Below, one piece after another: positions 27,992 through 39,327 of a stretch of 64,000 nucleotides of DNA (the stretch's first letter is position 1; each line of letters opens with the position of its first letter). The position numbers were made by a program, and so were the translations under genes. The stretch spans positions 1-64,000 of the forward strand of contig CP142737.1 of the NCBI GenBank assembly GCA_036630325.1, written 5' to 3'. Source of the DNA: Vairimorpha necatrix (taxonomy: Eukaryota). The notes under the pieces are model-generated. The model searched no databases, was not told the DNA's origin, and was given only the letters and a program-made list of their open reading frames with translations.

Positions 27992-28995
27992 TGAATTTTT
28001 TTTTCTTGCAAGTAAGAGGTGGGGAGAAACCTTACATAAAGACCAATGGGATTTGGTTATGATCCTCATTCAACTGGTACTGTGAGATTCTTACTCACTA
28101 AAACTCCCTCCATACAACTTGCCGGTGCAGCAAGCTCCGTCGTACCATTGGACTTTAACTCCAGGAGAACACTTTCCATTTATACCTCAAAGCAAATATA
28201 TTTTACAAGCATAGTTATCTATAACCCGAGGAGAGACATTATCGTACTGACTCAAAGGTCCCTACAATCATCTGTATTGCACACGGCTCCTTATACGACC
28301 ACATCCCCAGCCCGCCGTTTTTATTGGGCTGCGTTGACAATCAGTCTCCCACTAGTTTCGGCCACCGTGTTACAGAATCATGTAGGATATGGTCCACGAG
28401 ACCTTCTATTGCCCTACATCGTCTAGTCTCTTGGTTAGCTCTAGGATCCCACTCTAGAGTGCACCAGCTATGGGCTCCAACTAGGCCGTACCTATTTGAT
28501 ACTTTTATGTATCATTAAGTTACCAAAGGGTGATACTGCTTTTGGGCTTTGAGGTGCGTTATACACTAGATGCTAATTATCTTGTGTCTGGACACACACA
28601 AGTTTCATTGAATCAACTTAATGATTATCGTGGACATTTTCATCATCTGAGTTGTTCCAACTGCATCATAGAAAGTAGTTACAATTTTGGTGCCCCTAGG
28701 AATCGAACCCAGCCATTGCTCAATGGAAGCATAGCATTCTACCACTGTGCTAAGGGCACCTCCCGTTTTGTATATCCGAAGTGAAGTCACTCGTGACGCG
28801 ATTTGAGGTATAAATGAATGTGTTTTCTTGGAGCCAAAGCCTACTGGATACGGCAAAGTTTGCTGCTCCGGCAAGTTTTATGTGGAGGATTTTAGTATGT
28901 AAACTTCACAGTACCAGTGTGATAAGGATCACTTTTTAAATCTCTCTAAATCCTTTTAAAGTTTCTCCTACCTCTTACTTGCATAAAAAAATTCA
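27992..28995. other. ~1-kb GC-richer foldback locus with ~200-bp imperfect terminal inverted arms and a densely base-paired interior (structured ncRNA or non-autonomous element)
   Basis: Arms 27992-28191 and 28802-28995 are complementary. Nested internal stems: CAAATA/TATTTG, CATAGTT/AGCTATG, TAACC/GGTTA, GAGAGAC/GTCTCTT, AAGGTC/GACCTT, CCTACA/TGTAGG, TCTGTA/TACAGA, ACACGG/CCGTGT. Confidence 0.7.
28688..28760 (-). tRNA. tRNA-like module with atypical D and anticodon arms; identity ambiguous (CAT or TCC register)
   Basis: Acceptor GGTGCCC/GGGCACC plus A, A-box TAGCACAGTGG, T arm CTGGG-TTCGATT-CCTAG, 4-bp anticodon stem TGCT/AGCA. No oligo-T terminator follows. Confidence 0.6.
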
Positions 28996-30355
28996 AACAT
29001 AAGTTTGTAATCTGAAACCTATAATATCATTTTTTTTTGGTAGTTATGGATTATGTGAGTTAAGGAATGCAGCTTTATTTTAAAATTTAACATTATGATG
29101 AATTAAATAAAACTAGTAGATTAAAAATGACTTTTATGTTGCATTTATTGCGAACTTTTATTTAAGTAAAATTATTTTGAGTTTTGATACAAAAACAAAA
29201 CTTTTTCTTTGAAAAATAATCCTCAAATAGTAATAATATAACATCTAGAATATATACAATGACTTATAGAAAAATTCATATAAATTAATGTGCTAGGTAT
29301 GATATTTACATGATTTTTGTCTATATAAAATATATATATATATATAGCGTTTCTGATCTATAAACCTACTTTTTAATCGTATCATATATAAACGGATTAA
29401 ATTTTACATAAACACTTACTTGGAAAGCTATTACGAAAAAAACTTATGTAATATTAATGATATTATTAAAAGAAATAACGGATTATAAATTTAAAAAGTT
29501 AAGGTAATTTTAAAGCTCGAAATATATATATTCAATTAAATCGAAACAGTATATTTAATTTACTTATTACTGCTCTTCAACAATTTATTTAGCTACAATG
29601 TTGTTTATTTGTTAAGTTAATGGGTCATTTTACATTATCATCAGATATTTAAACAATATTATTTTGTAATATTTGCGGATTTACAGATTTAAAATTAATA
29701 ATTTTGTTTATATAATTTTTTTTGATAGTAGAATAAGCAAATACGTAACATGGCATCAATATTGCATAAAATTATAAACAACTCACGTGATCAAACAATT
29801 TTTTCACATCTTTGTCAAATACATAATGTATTGCATTGAATTTTTTCGTAATTTCTAGCGTGATAGTAATTTATTTTATTGTATCTGATGTTTTCTTATT
29901 ACTAGTCTCTACATTTAATGTCTAATCGAATTATCAGAATAAAACAAGACTATGTAAGTATTAACAAGAAAAATATAAAATTAACGAGCTTTTAATTATT
30001 TGTTATTTTATAGAAGTCAAATTTGACTAAAATTCACTTTCAATATTGCACAAAAAATTATTTATTTTGACAGTAAAATTGATATTCATAAACATTTAAT
30101 TAAAATTTAAAATTCAGAACTAAAAAATAACATACAGTAGCATATAATTGATGCCTTATGTGCTAAAAAAACTTCTCCCATGATTTTGAATGTTTATAGT
30201 AAGAAAATAGTTCTTAATTTATTTGCTAGTATTTATATTCAACTGTTTTAAAGTATAACATATAAATTATCTTAAAATTTTTTATCAGATGACATTCGGC
30301 TTGAGTTACTTGGCAGTTGTCATTTGGACTAAAAATTCAGTAAATAAATAAACCC

Positions 30356-31234
30356 ATGTTTTCTAATGACAGTTTTGCGTACAACAATATTTATAAGAAA
30401 TTTATTGGCATGCTCATGTATAGTTATTTTTTACAAAATTTAGTGGTTTTTTGTGCAGAAATTGTATATGTTCTTCCTTTTGGAGATAAATATGTAGATA
30501 TTTATATAGGCCTAACCGACAGCAAAATACCAATAGTCTACATAATAAAAGAGCCTGTATGTTTTGATAATGATAATAGTGCAATTGTTAAATATAATGA
30601 AACATCAAAAAGGCAAAAAACTTTAGAAACACATTATTTTAAACGTGTTACTTCTGATCAAACTATGATTCTTAGACAAATTTTAAATTGTCATGAAATG
30701 CTAAAAAATGAAGATATTAAGTTAATTGATTTATTTATAAGAAGTAAAGTTATTTTGATGACAACAATTCAACACGATTTAGAACAGGCCTGTTCTATTA
30801 ATTTAATAAAAACAAACGATTTACAAGTTGTAGACTCGATTTCAACTAGTGGTAAACTTAAACTTGACTTTCATAGATCTATGGAAATATATTATATACA
30901 ATGGTCAACTATATATAATAGACTCAGTAATAAAAAAGAAATAGATGTTGATAATCGATGTATAAACCCTCTATTGAGATCTGAGAAAACTTGTTATTTA
31001 AACAAAGAAAATGTTGATATTTCTTTTGATGAACTATCATGTTCGCAAAACAAAAAATTGAAAACAGAAAAAGTTATATCAAAAATTGAAGATATTTCAA
31101 AAAAAGATCTGGAAGAAAATCAATTTAATTTGGGTAACTCAGACGAAGAGCTAAATTTCGAAGATCTAATTAAACAATACGAAGAATTGGATTTATCCTC
31201 CATAAATTCAGAATCTGACGATTCTATGAATTAG
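30356..31234 (+). CDS. Hypothetical protein, 292 aa, hydrophobic N-terminal segment and acidic C-terminus
   Basis: Long ORF in stop-rich AT DNA; AAACCC directly before the ATG; AATAAA just after the stop. Confidence 0.75.
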   Translation: MFSNDSFAYNNIYKKFIGMLMYSYFLQNLVVFCAEIVYVLPFGDKYVDIYIGLTDSKIPIVYIIKEPVCFDNDNSAIVKYNETSKRQKTLETHYFKRVTSDQTMILRQILNCHEMLKNEDIKLIDLFIRSKVILMTTIQHDLEQACSINLIKTNDLQVVDSISTSGKLKLDFHRSMEIYYIQWSTIYNRLSNKKEIDVDNRCINPLLRSEKTCYLNKENVDISFDELSCSQNKKLKTEKVISKIEDISKKDLEENQFNLGNSDEELNFEDLIKQYEELDLSSINSESDDSMN

Positions 31235-34200
31235 AATAAAAGTATATGCACGATTTTTTATTTCTATAATAAACTGACAAACATATTATGCAAAAAAAAT
31301 TATAAGTATAAATAAATTTTTTATATCTCAAAGTAACAAATTCTTTTTTTTTGAATCATTAAAAAAAACTTATTAGTTCTATTTGTAAAATATTTTAAAT
31401 TTTGTTTTAAATGAAACTTTAGTAAATCTTGTATGTTTTATAAAACTTTCGCAGTAAATTAAAGAAAAAATATAGTTTCTTAATTATTAAACATTTTGTA
31501 TCAGTGTTGGTTTAATCGTAGCATGTTTTTAGAATTTATTTTAGGAAAAAATTTTACATTATTAGAATGCACATCATGTTCAAAACAAACAATTTAAATC
31601 TTTGTCTAAATTATAATTTGTAACTAGATTGATGTATATATAGGAATGTGAACTCTTCAAGCTTGTTTCTCTCAAATAATATTACGAGTACTTTAAGGTA
31701 TGATTCAAATTTACATTAGACGTCATATTATAGTGTAGTTTAAAAATATAGATTGGTTTGTTTGCGTTTTTATCAAAAAAATTAGCTTATTTATGTTTTT
31801 ATTAAAGAACATTCAACAAAATCAATTCTTATGGTTCTTATTCAACATATTATTTTATTATGTAAAACATTGTTTATATATTGATAAGCGTGGACATAAT
31901 TATATAGTTGATATAAATTGTCTAAAAATTATATTAGATGCTAAACCACTAATCCATAAAGACAGAGGGGTTTTATTACTAAGTAATGATATGGTAAAAT
32001 TGAGCCCCGAGATATGTATTTAAGATCGAAAATCATCTGTAGTGCTATTTTTTAACAATCATTGCATTGAAAATATCAAAAAAGTATGGTTTAGTTTATG
32101 ACTTAAAAGATAAGTCTTGTTGATCTAGCGGTATCCTCAACTAGTTTAATTGATGAAATTAGAATGTAAAAAATAATTGTATAAGTTCGACCCAAATATA
32201 TGGTAGATTTAAAGGCAATGAGTACTTCTTAAAGCTTACATAATTAAAAATCAAGGCAAAATTTAATTTCATCAGGATTTCAATAAAAGTTTAGATAGAA
32301 CATTTAATATGCAAAGTTTGATCAAGAATCTGTCCAGAAATAAATTCCATAATATGAACTAATAATTCTATTAAAAAAAGATCAAATTCAATAAACATTT
32401 GCTTTTTTAAAAAAAATAATAACTCAATAAAAATCATTAGTTGTGTATTGTTTATATAACAAATATATTCGAATACAATGTATTAGTTAGAAATTTACAA
32501 TTTGTAATAAAGTCAAGATTATTAAAAAAATTCGTATCCATTGTTTAGCGAGCAGTAAATGTTAAAATAGTGTGGTCTCCGTTAGAGCTTAAGTATTGTA
32601 TTATTATAGTCATTAATCCCATGTATTTGCTAATTTTTTTTTTCTGCTTCGTTATGAAATTTTATAAATTAATAATATAAATTTGTAGTCAACTTTAAGC
32701 ATATACCATACTTTTGATTTATATGGATTAAAAGTCTAATATGATTGTTAGAATTTACTCTTAAAGATAAAATCTTAGTCTCAAAATACATCATAAAGAC
32801 GCGACTTGTTTTAATTTAATTTTATGCGATCAGAGTCAGTTATCCTGACATAGGATTTTGAATTTTAAGTAGTACAATATTGAATTTTTTAAATCTTTCA
32901 TATCAACAAGAGAAAGTTTTACAAGTAGGATTGAAGCAAAAATTTATATAAAAGTTCGTTGACGTTTTCGATGAACAAAAAGTAATGTTGAAATTAAAAA
33001 CAGATTGAAACAAGTTGTATAATATATAAATACCACTAAAACGGTTTTAAAACTTTCTTTATAAAATATATATTATAAATTTTAAAAAAAAATCTAGTGA
33101 ATTAAGATCATAAACATATAACACTAAATCACTAAGATCAATTAGTTTTAATTTACACGATATCTATAATATAAAAATGTTTTTAGAACCTCCTAATAAA
33201 AATATTTGTACACAAATTCATATAACGTTAAATGACACAAATGTAAGTTTCACGTTAGTGCTATAATATTATTTTATAATATCGACTAAAATTACAATAC
33301 TTTTAACAAATCATAAACAATAACAGTTTTTTCAAGTTATTCTTAAAAAAATGACAGAATAAGTAATATTATTGTTTTTTTTTAATTCAAATGTCGTTTA
33401 AACAGAAGAGAAATAATTGTAATGTAATATTACTTTTTGTTTTTTATAAATTTACGAATAAAAAATAAATTTTTGCTATATTCTATCTTTGGCGAGTTAA
33501 AATTTTTCTATGATATACAATATCATTGTTATAAAGATATTCGATAACAATCTTGGATTATGTTTATATCTATTGTAACACTGATGAGACGAATGCATGA
33601 ACACACGAACTACAGTCTACTAGGCATAATTTTTGATAAGAGTTATGACATTTTTGTAATGACATTTTTTTATGTATATAGACCATTTTTTTTAATTTTA
33701 CATAGCATGCATTTGTCATATTAAGTTTATTTTAGATGAAAAATTAATAATAACAATTAATTGGCTATTGGTGTGTATTATTGGATGTTAGTATATTTTA
33801 CATATATCTATCATAAAAAATACTAATATTAAAATATAATAATTTTGTTTATACTTAAATGAACCACATTCGAGATCATAAAAAATCTGTAATAAAGAAC
33901 GTAATTATAATAGGAATGCAGGTGAAGATGATTTTTGTCATAGATAAAATATATAACATTCACATATTTCTTTAGTGAAAAAATATATAAATTTTTAACT
34001 TTAACAAGACAAAATTTAATATTGCTAAGATGAGATACCATTAACTCGTTGTAAAAAAGTTTTTAATAAAATCAAAGAGACCATAACGACAAAAGCCCTT
34101 ACATATTGTTCTGTATAACAGAAACTTTACTATTTATGTGATAAGTATTTAAATAACTGCTAATATGAGTATTTTTTATGGCTTGTATACTTATATAATG

Positions 34201-35352
34201 TTTTTTTTGTCCTAAGAAAACTTTTTTTGATATGTTATTTTAAATTTGAGACTTTTTATAATTTTACTATAGACAATGCGTCAAAATATAAACATATTGT
34301 GACAAGATTCCTTTAAATGTTTCTTATTTGAACAAATTGACAGGCCGATTGAGATGTTGATTGACCACATAAGATGTTTAAAAGATATTTATGACATGTT
34401 ACATGTATTGTAACCATTTCCACTACACAAATAACACTATTTTTAACATACAATGGATGTCCAGTAACAATTACTAGATATTGATAAAACTTTTCATGTT
34501 AAGATTGATACGGAAGTGTTTACAAATAAAAATAACACAATTTTAAAATAAGCATTTGCTTTAACGATTATGTAGTTTTAGCTTTAAGATCATTTATATA
34601 TTTAATAAATTTCTTATGTGGAAACACTTAAAACTATTAAAAAAACACAACTATGAACAAGAAATAGCTGAAATCTCAGACTATATTTTTTGCATATCTG
34701 ATTAGATTCTTAAGCAACTTTTGTTGAGATTTTTATAGTACTATACAAGAAAGATAATAAAAAAATCTTTTCGATCCAGGACTTCGAAAAGCTTAAATAA
34801 CATAAATATAGCATAAAAAAGTATTAGAATAGCAAACTATAATAAATATTCATAGTTATTACATTTGACTATTGAACTTTTCTCATTAAAAATTATGATT
34901 ATTTATTTGTATTTCTGTAGAAACCCCTGTCAAATATCATCTTTATATTTATTAAATGATATTTGATACGGACTACAAATTAAGTAAAACACTAAAATCA
35001 TGCCCCTAACCTCCGCTTTGAGAACACGTACAAAAAATTTTGATAATAATATTTACACTGATTTCTTGATTAAATGAACATCCTTTCAATTTTTCTTATA
35101 AGTCTATAATAGTTATTGGCTTAAGTGCACTTTGGCCGAGATACTTTCTATATTGTTCTTTTTAAAATTTCTGCAAAAAAATTAGAAAAATTATTGACAG
35201 CCATTAAGATTTGTACAACCCAAATGAGATTTTTGAAATGTTAAGTAAAAAACTTCGATAATTTATTTTCAGTTAATTCTACGATTTCTTTCAAATTAGA
35301 ATTTTTTTAAATTTTTTAAACAATATAAATACTAATTTTATTTTTCCCCCTA

Positions 35353-35628
35353 ATGAATATAATCAAATTTTTTGTTGTAATTTGGTTTGTAAAATCAAAT
35401 ATAAATATTTATAACAAAATAAATGAAATTATTCTAAAGCAAATTGAGAATAGAAAGTATACAGTTTTTAACCCAAATAAGAAATATACTTCAATAAGAA
35501 TATCTTGTAGCGAATATAATAAGACCATAGGTTGTTTGATTGTGAATAATATTTTGAATGAAACTATTTCTAACGAATTTTGGGATATATATATATATTG
35601 ATTATGCTAACAAATCCACTTATAATAT
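35353..35628 (+). pseudogene. 5' part of a host gene (signal-peptide-like N-terminus) interrupted by an LTR retrotransposon and frameshifted in an (AT)n run
   Basis: CCCCCTA-ATG start. Removing the element and 4 nt of the AT run at 35585-35598 restores WDIYIDYANKSTYNIIEEIEQFIKK in frame with 39328-41304, aligning with the 61931 paralogue (IDFIINCGNKSLNQIITELEEKIQ). Confidence 0.8.
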
Positions 35629-35737
35629 TGTAGGAAGTGCCACATATGTCAAATATATTGTGTCTGTGTTTTGATATATTTGACATGTTGTTTCTTAAAT
35701 ATTTTATAATAAATAAACCCATGTTTTCATTCCAACA
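35629..35737 (+). repeat. 5' LTR (109 bp)
   Basis: Identical to 39219-39327; contains a hairpin and AAACCC-ATG. Confidence 0.95.
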
Positions 35738-38700
35738 ATTTGGCGAGAACGACAAGAAAGAGTTGATATTTAGAAATGAAGAGGATGATGACCCACAGCA
35801 GTTCGTGGAGGACATTTTAGAGGTGGGGAGGTTGCTGGAGTACAGCGAGGGGAAACTGATGCTCCTGTTCAAAATGTCTCTAAAGGATGAAGCGAGAGAC
35901 TGGATTAATTCACTGCCAGTAGGACTTAGATTTGATAAGCTAATTGAATTATTTAAAGAAAGATTTTTTAGTAAAATGCAGTTAAAAATATGCATTGATA
36001 AACTTTCGGCGTTAGTATACCATGGAGGCTCGATTTTAAATTATTTGGATAAGATGGCGGGACTAGCACGCAAAGGTAATGTCCCGGAGAGTATATTAAT
36101 TGCCTTTGCGTTAAAAGGACTACCCAAGGATTTGGCAAATTTGGTGCTAGTAAATAATAAAGATACCTTATCGTGGAGGTACATTTACAGAGCTCTGAGT
36201 AATATGAAGTCAGCGAATGTCCAAAGATATACAGAAGTGGCTCGAGGAGAATCTAGGGAGGTAGATGCGATAAAAGAAAAGGTCTGGTGGAACAATAATG
36301 AGAAAACAGAAAAAAATGGAAAAATTAAGTGTTTTATTTGCGGGAAAAGGGGCCATATAGTTTCACAATGCAAATTCAATAGCTTCCATAAGAATGTTAG
36401 AGCTGTAGAAAAGGCCACAGAGAAGGAGGAACAAAATGAGGAAAATGATTCTTATAAGTTTATTTTTAACTATTCCGTGTCGAAGTCTAAGGACATTAGA
36501 ACAACACTTAAAGCTGCGTCATTAAGCAATTCAGGAGGAAAATTCAAAGTACTGATTGATACAGGAGCCGATTTAAATCTTATTAGACCAGAACTGTTAC
36601 CGAATAAAACTGTTGTTAATATTTCGAAACAACAGCTTAGAGCAGCAAATGGTTCGAGGATAAAAATTATTGGTGAAACGGTAGTTAAAATTAAAATTGA
36701 TGGGATGATATTTGAGGATAAATTCATTATAACAAGAGATATCACAATCCCATGCATCATAGGACATGGGCTACTCGATAAATACAGAATTAGTTTAAGA
36801 TTTGGGGATAATAGAATGGAAATTGAATCTGGACAAATGGCAAAGGGTAAAGCCATAGGATACCATAAAATCATCACGAAGGATGATAACCCAATATTAT
36901 CACAGTTATACAAGTTGGGTGCTGCAAAAGAGGACATAGCATCGAAAATAATAAAAGAATATCTTAGCTTAGGAATAATAAGACCTAGTGAAAGTTCATG
37001 GAGAAGCCCAATAATTATTGTTCCAAAAAAGAATGGAGACCATAGGCTATGCGTGGATTATAGAAGACTGAATGACGTGACGATTAGGGATGCATATCCA
37101 ATGCCCCGTGTAGAAGAATTCATAAACGCATTAGAAGGTGCTACTTACTTTACCAAATTAGACGCTGAATCTGGCTATCACCAAATAGATATGGCGCCTT
37201 GTGATATTGAGAAGACAGCTTTTGCCTGTAGAGAAGGGTTATTCTAATTTACTAAAATGCCATTTGGGCTTGTTAACGGACCAGCTACATTTCAGCGGGT
37301 GATGAATGATATATTAAGGGAATTTTTGTTTAAGTTTGTTGTAGTATATATGGATGATATACTAATTTATAGTAAAACTGAAGAAGACCATAGGAGAGAT
37401 GTTCAAATGGTATTGGAAAAGCTCAAATCGGTAGGATTGAAACTTAATCAGGAGAAATGCGAATTTAAGAAGACCGAGTTAAGAATTTTAGGTCATGTAA
37501 TATCAAAGGAAGGAATAAGGGTAGATGAAGAGAGAGTGAGGAGTATTCAGAAGCTACCAATCCCTAAAAATAAGAAAAAGCTACAATCATTGTTGGGGTT
37601 GTATAATTACTGTGCAAAATTTATAAAAAACAGTCACAAGATAATTAGCCCATTATTTGATATAATCAGGCTCAAGAATGAGGACGCTGAGAACTTTTGG
37701 AAAAATGTAGAACAAAACGCTAAATATCGTAAGGATATTGAAGAGGTAAAACAGGCCATGAAGAGAACGGCCTTGTTGACTATCCCAAACTTGAAAGATA
37801 AGTTCATTTTGACAACAGATGCATCAAACGAGGGATGTGGCGCCACTTTGGCCCAAGTAATTGGAGGAAAAGAAAAGATTGTTTCTTATTACAGCTCCCT
37901 GCACTCAAAGACGGAAAAGAATTACTCCACGACGGAACAAGAACTATTGGCGGTAATAAAATCCATTCAACATTTCAGAGAATACTTATTATTAGGTAAG
38001 TTTACATTAAAAACTGATCATCAAGCTCTGAAATATTTATTTAAGTCTAGAAACGTCAAAGCTAGGCTGGCTAGATGGTCATTGATTTTACAAGAATATG
38101 ACTTTGATATTGAATATATAACAGGACCATCAAACCATACAGATCACCTGAGCAGAGAATTTAAAAAGGAGGGAGAGAATGTTTTGGAAATTCATTTAGT
38201 ACAAAAGAAAGTTATAAAAAAAGAGAGAACATCGGTATTGTTAAAGTTTTATCATGATTTATTGGGCCACGGATCAAAACAAAACATGAAGTACAATATT
38301 GGTCAAAAATACACCTGGAAGCATATGAACAAAGATATAGAAGACTATGTAGACAACTGTGAAGTTTGTCAAAAGGAAAAACCTCAGAGAAAATTTAAAG
38401 ATATTGTACCAGTGGTAGCAAATAAATTAGGAGAAATCTGGGAGTTAGACATGGTAGGCCCTCTGAAAGAGAGTGAGCAAGGATACAAGTTTTTATTAAC
38501 AATGATAGACCATTTCTCAAAAATCGCAGAGGTAGTGCCGGTTTATACAAAGGATATGAATACGGTTGTTCATTTGATTGATAAACATATAGTCAGGAAG
38601 CATGGTGTACCGAAGGCCATTCTAACTGATAATGGCAAAGAGTTCAAAAATAAAATTTGTGATGAATATGCAAAGGTTAAGAACTTTATCTGGAAATATG

Positions 38701-39218
38701 GTTCCCCCTACAAACCTACGACCACGGGGCTTGTGGAGAGATTTAATAGAACAATGGGTTCAAAGTTAAGGAAAATTACGGAATTTGGGAAATTTGATTG
38801 GGCAAAATGCGTTCCTAAATTGGTCAAGGCCTATATGCAGTCTTACCATAGGGCTATAGGCTGCGCCCCAGTAGAACTTATTACAGGAATGGTGCTTAAT
38901 AAATTGGACTTACAGGAAGGGATTAAGACATCAAAAGAAAAGAAAGAATATCAGGAACAGGCCATTAAAAATTTAGAAGCCTACAGACTTGAGTATAACA
39001 CGGGTGGAAAGAAAAATGGTGAGAGTAAGGAAACCATAAAGGTTGGAGATAGGGTCTGGTACTATTTAATTCTCCCTATAAGAGGAAAACTTGAACCTAA
39101 ATGGGAAGAAAAAGGAGTGGTAGTAGAACAAAAATTTCATTCATTTAAAGTTTTATTGGACAGTGGAAAAACAGTTACGGCAAGCCGAAATCATGTAAAG
39201 CTTTTAAAGGAGGGGTAG
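35721..39218 (+). pseudogene. Gag-Pol polyprotein in a single frame with one in-frame TAA at 37245-37247
   Basis: Zinc knuckle CFICGKRGHIVSQC, protease LIDTGA, RT RLCVDYRRLN and YMDD, RNase H TDAS, integrase HHCC and D,D,E (ELDMV, LTDNG, LVERFN). GLF*FTKMPFGL reads through the stop in frame. Confidence 0.92.
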
Positions 39219-39327
39219 TGTAGGAAGTGCCACATATGTCAAATATATTGTGTCTGTGTTTTGATATATTTGACATGTTGTTTCTTAAATATTTTATAAT
39301 AAATAAACCCATGTTTTCATTCCAACA
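39219..39327 (+). repeat. 3' LTR (109 bp)
   Basis: Identical to the 5' LTR; begins right after the pol stop codon. Confidence 0.95.

Larger units (their letters stand above)
35629..39327 (+). mobile_element. Full-length Ty3/Gypsy LTR retrotransposon (3699 bp)
   Basis: Identical 109-bp TG...CA LTRs (35629-35737, 39219-39327), 5-bp TSD AATAT, PBS-like TGGCGAG at 35741, PPT AAAGGAGGGG at 39206-39215, domain order gag-PR-RT-RH-IN. Confidence 0.97.

Noticed and set aside
28046-28874. Four short overlapping ORFs (64-126 aa)
   Set aside because: No recognisable motifs; expected from the higher GC content, and they overlap stems and the tRNA-like module.
27992-28995. Structured locus as the telomerase RNA
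   Set aside because: No template containing both CCTA and CCTAA units on either strand; the only CCTACCT lies inside the paired terminal arm.
33575-33625. CTGATGAG...CGAAC...GTC hammerhead-like motif
   Set aside because: Has GAAC rather than GAAAC, and stems I and II do not pair.
36185-37846. Minus-strand ORFs within the retrotransposons and the terminal gene (also 54497-57404 and 63592-63993)
   Set aside because: Antisense shadows of A-rich coding strands.
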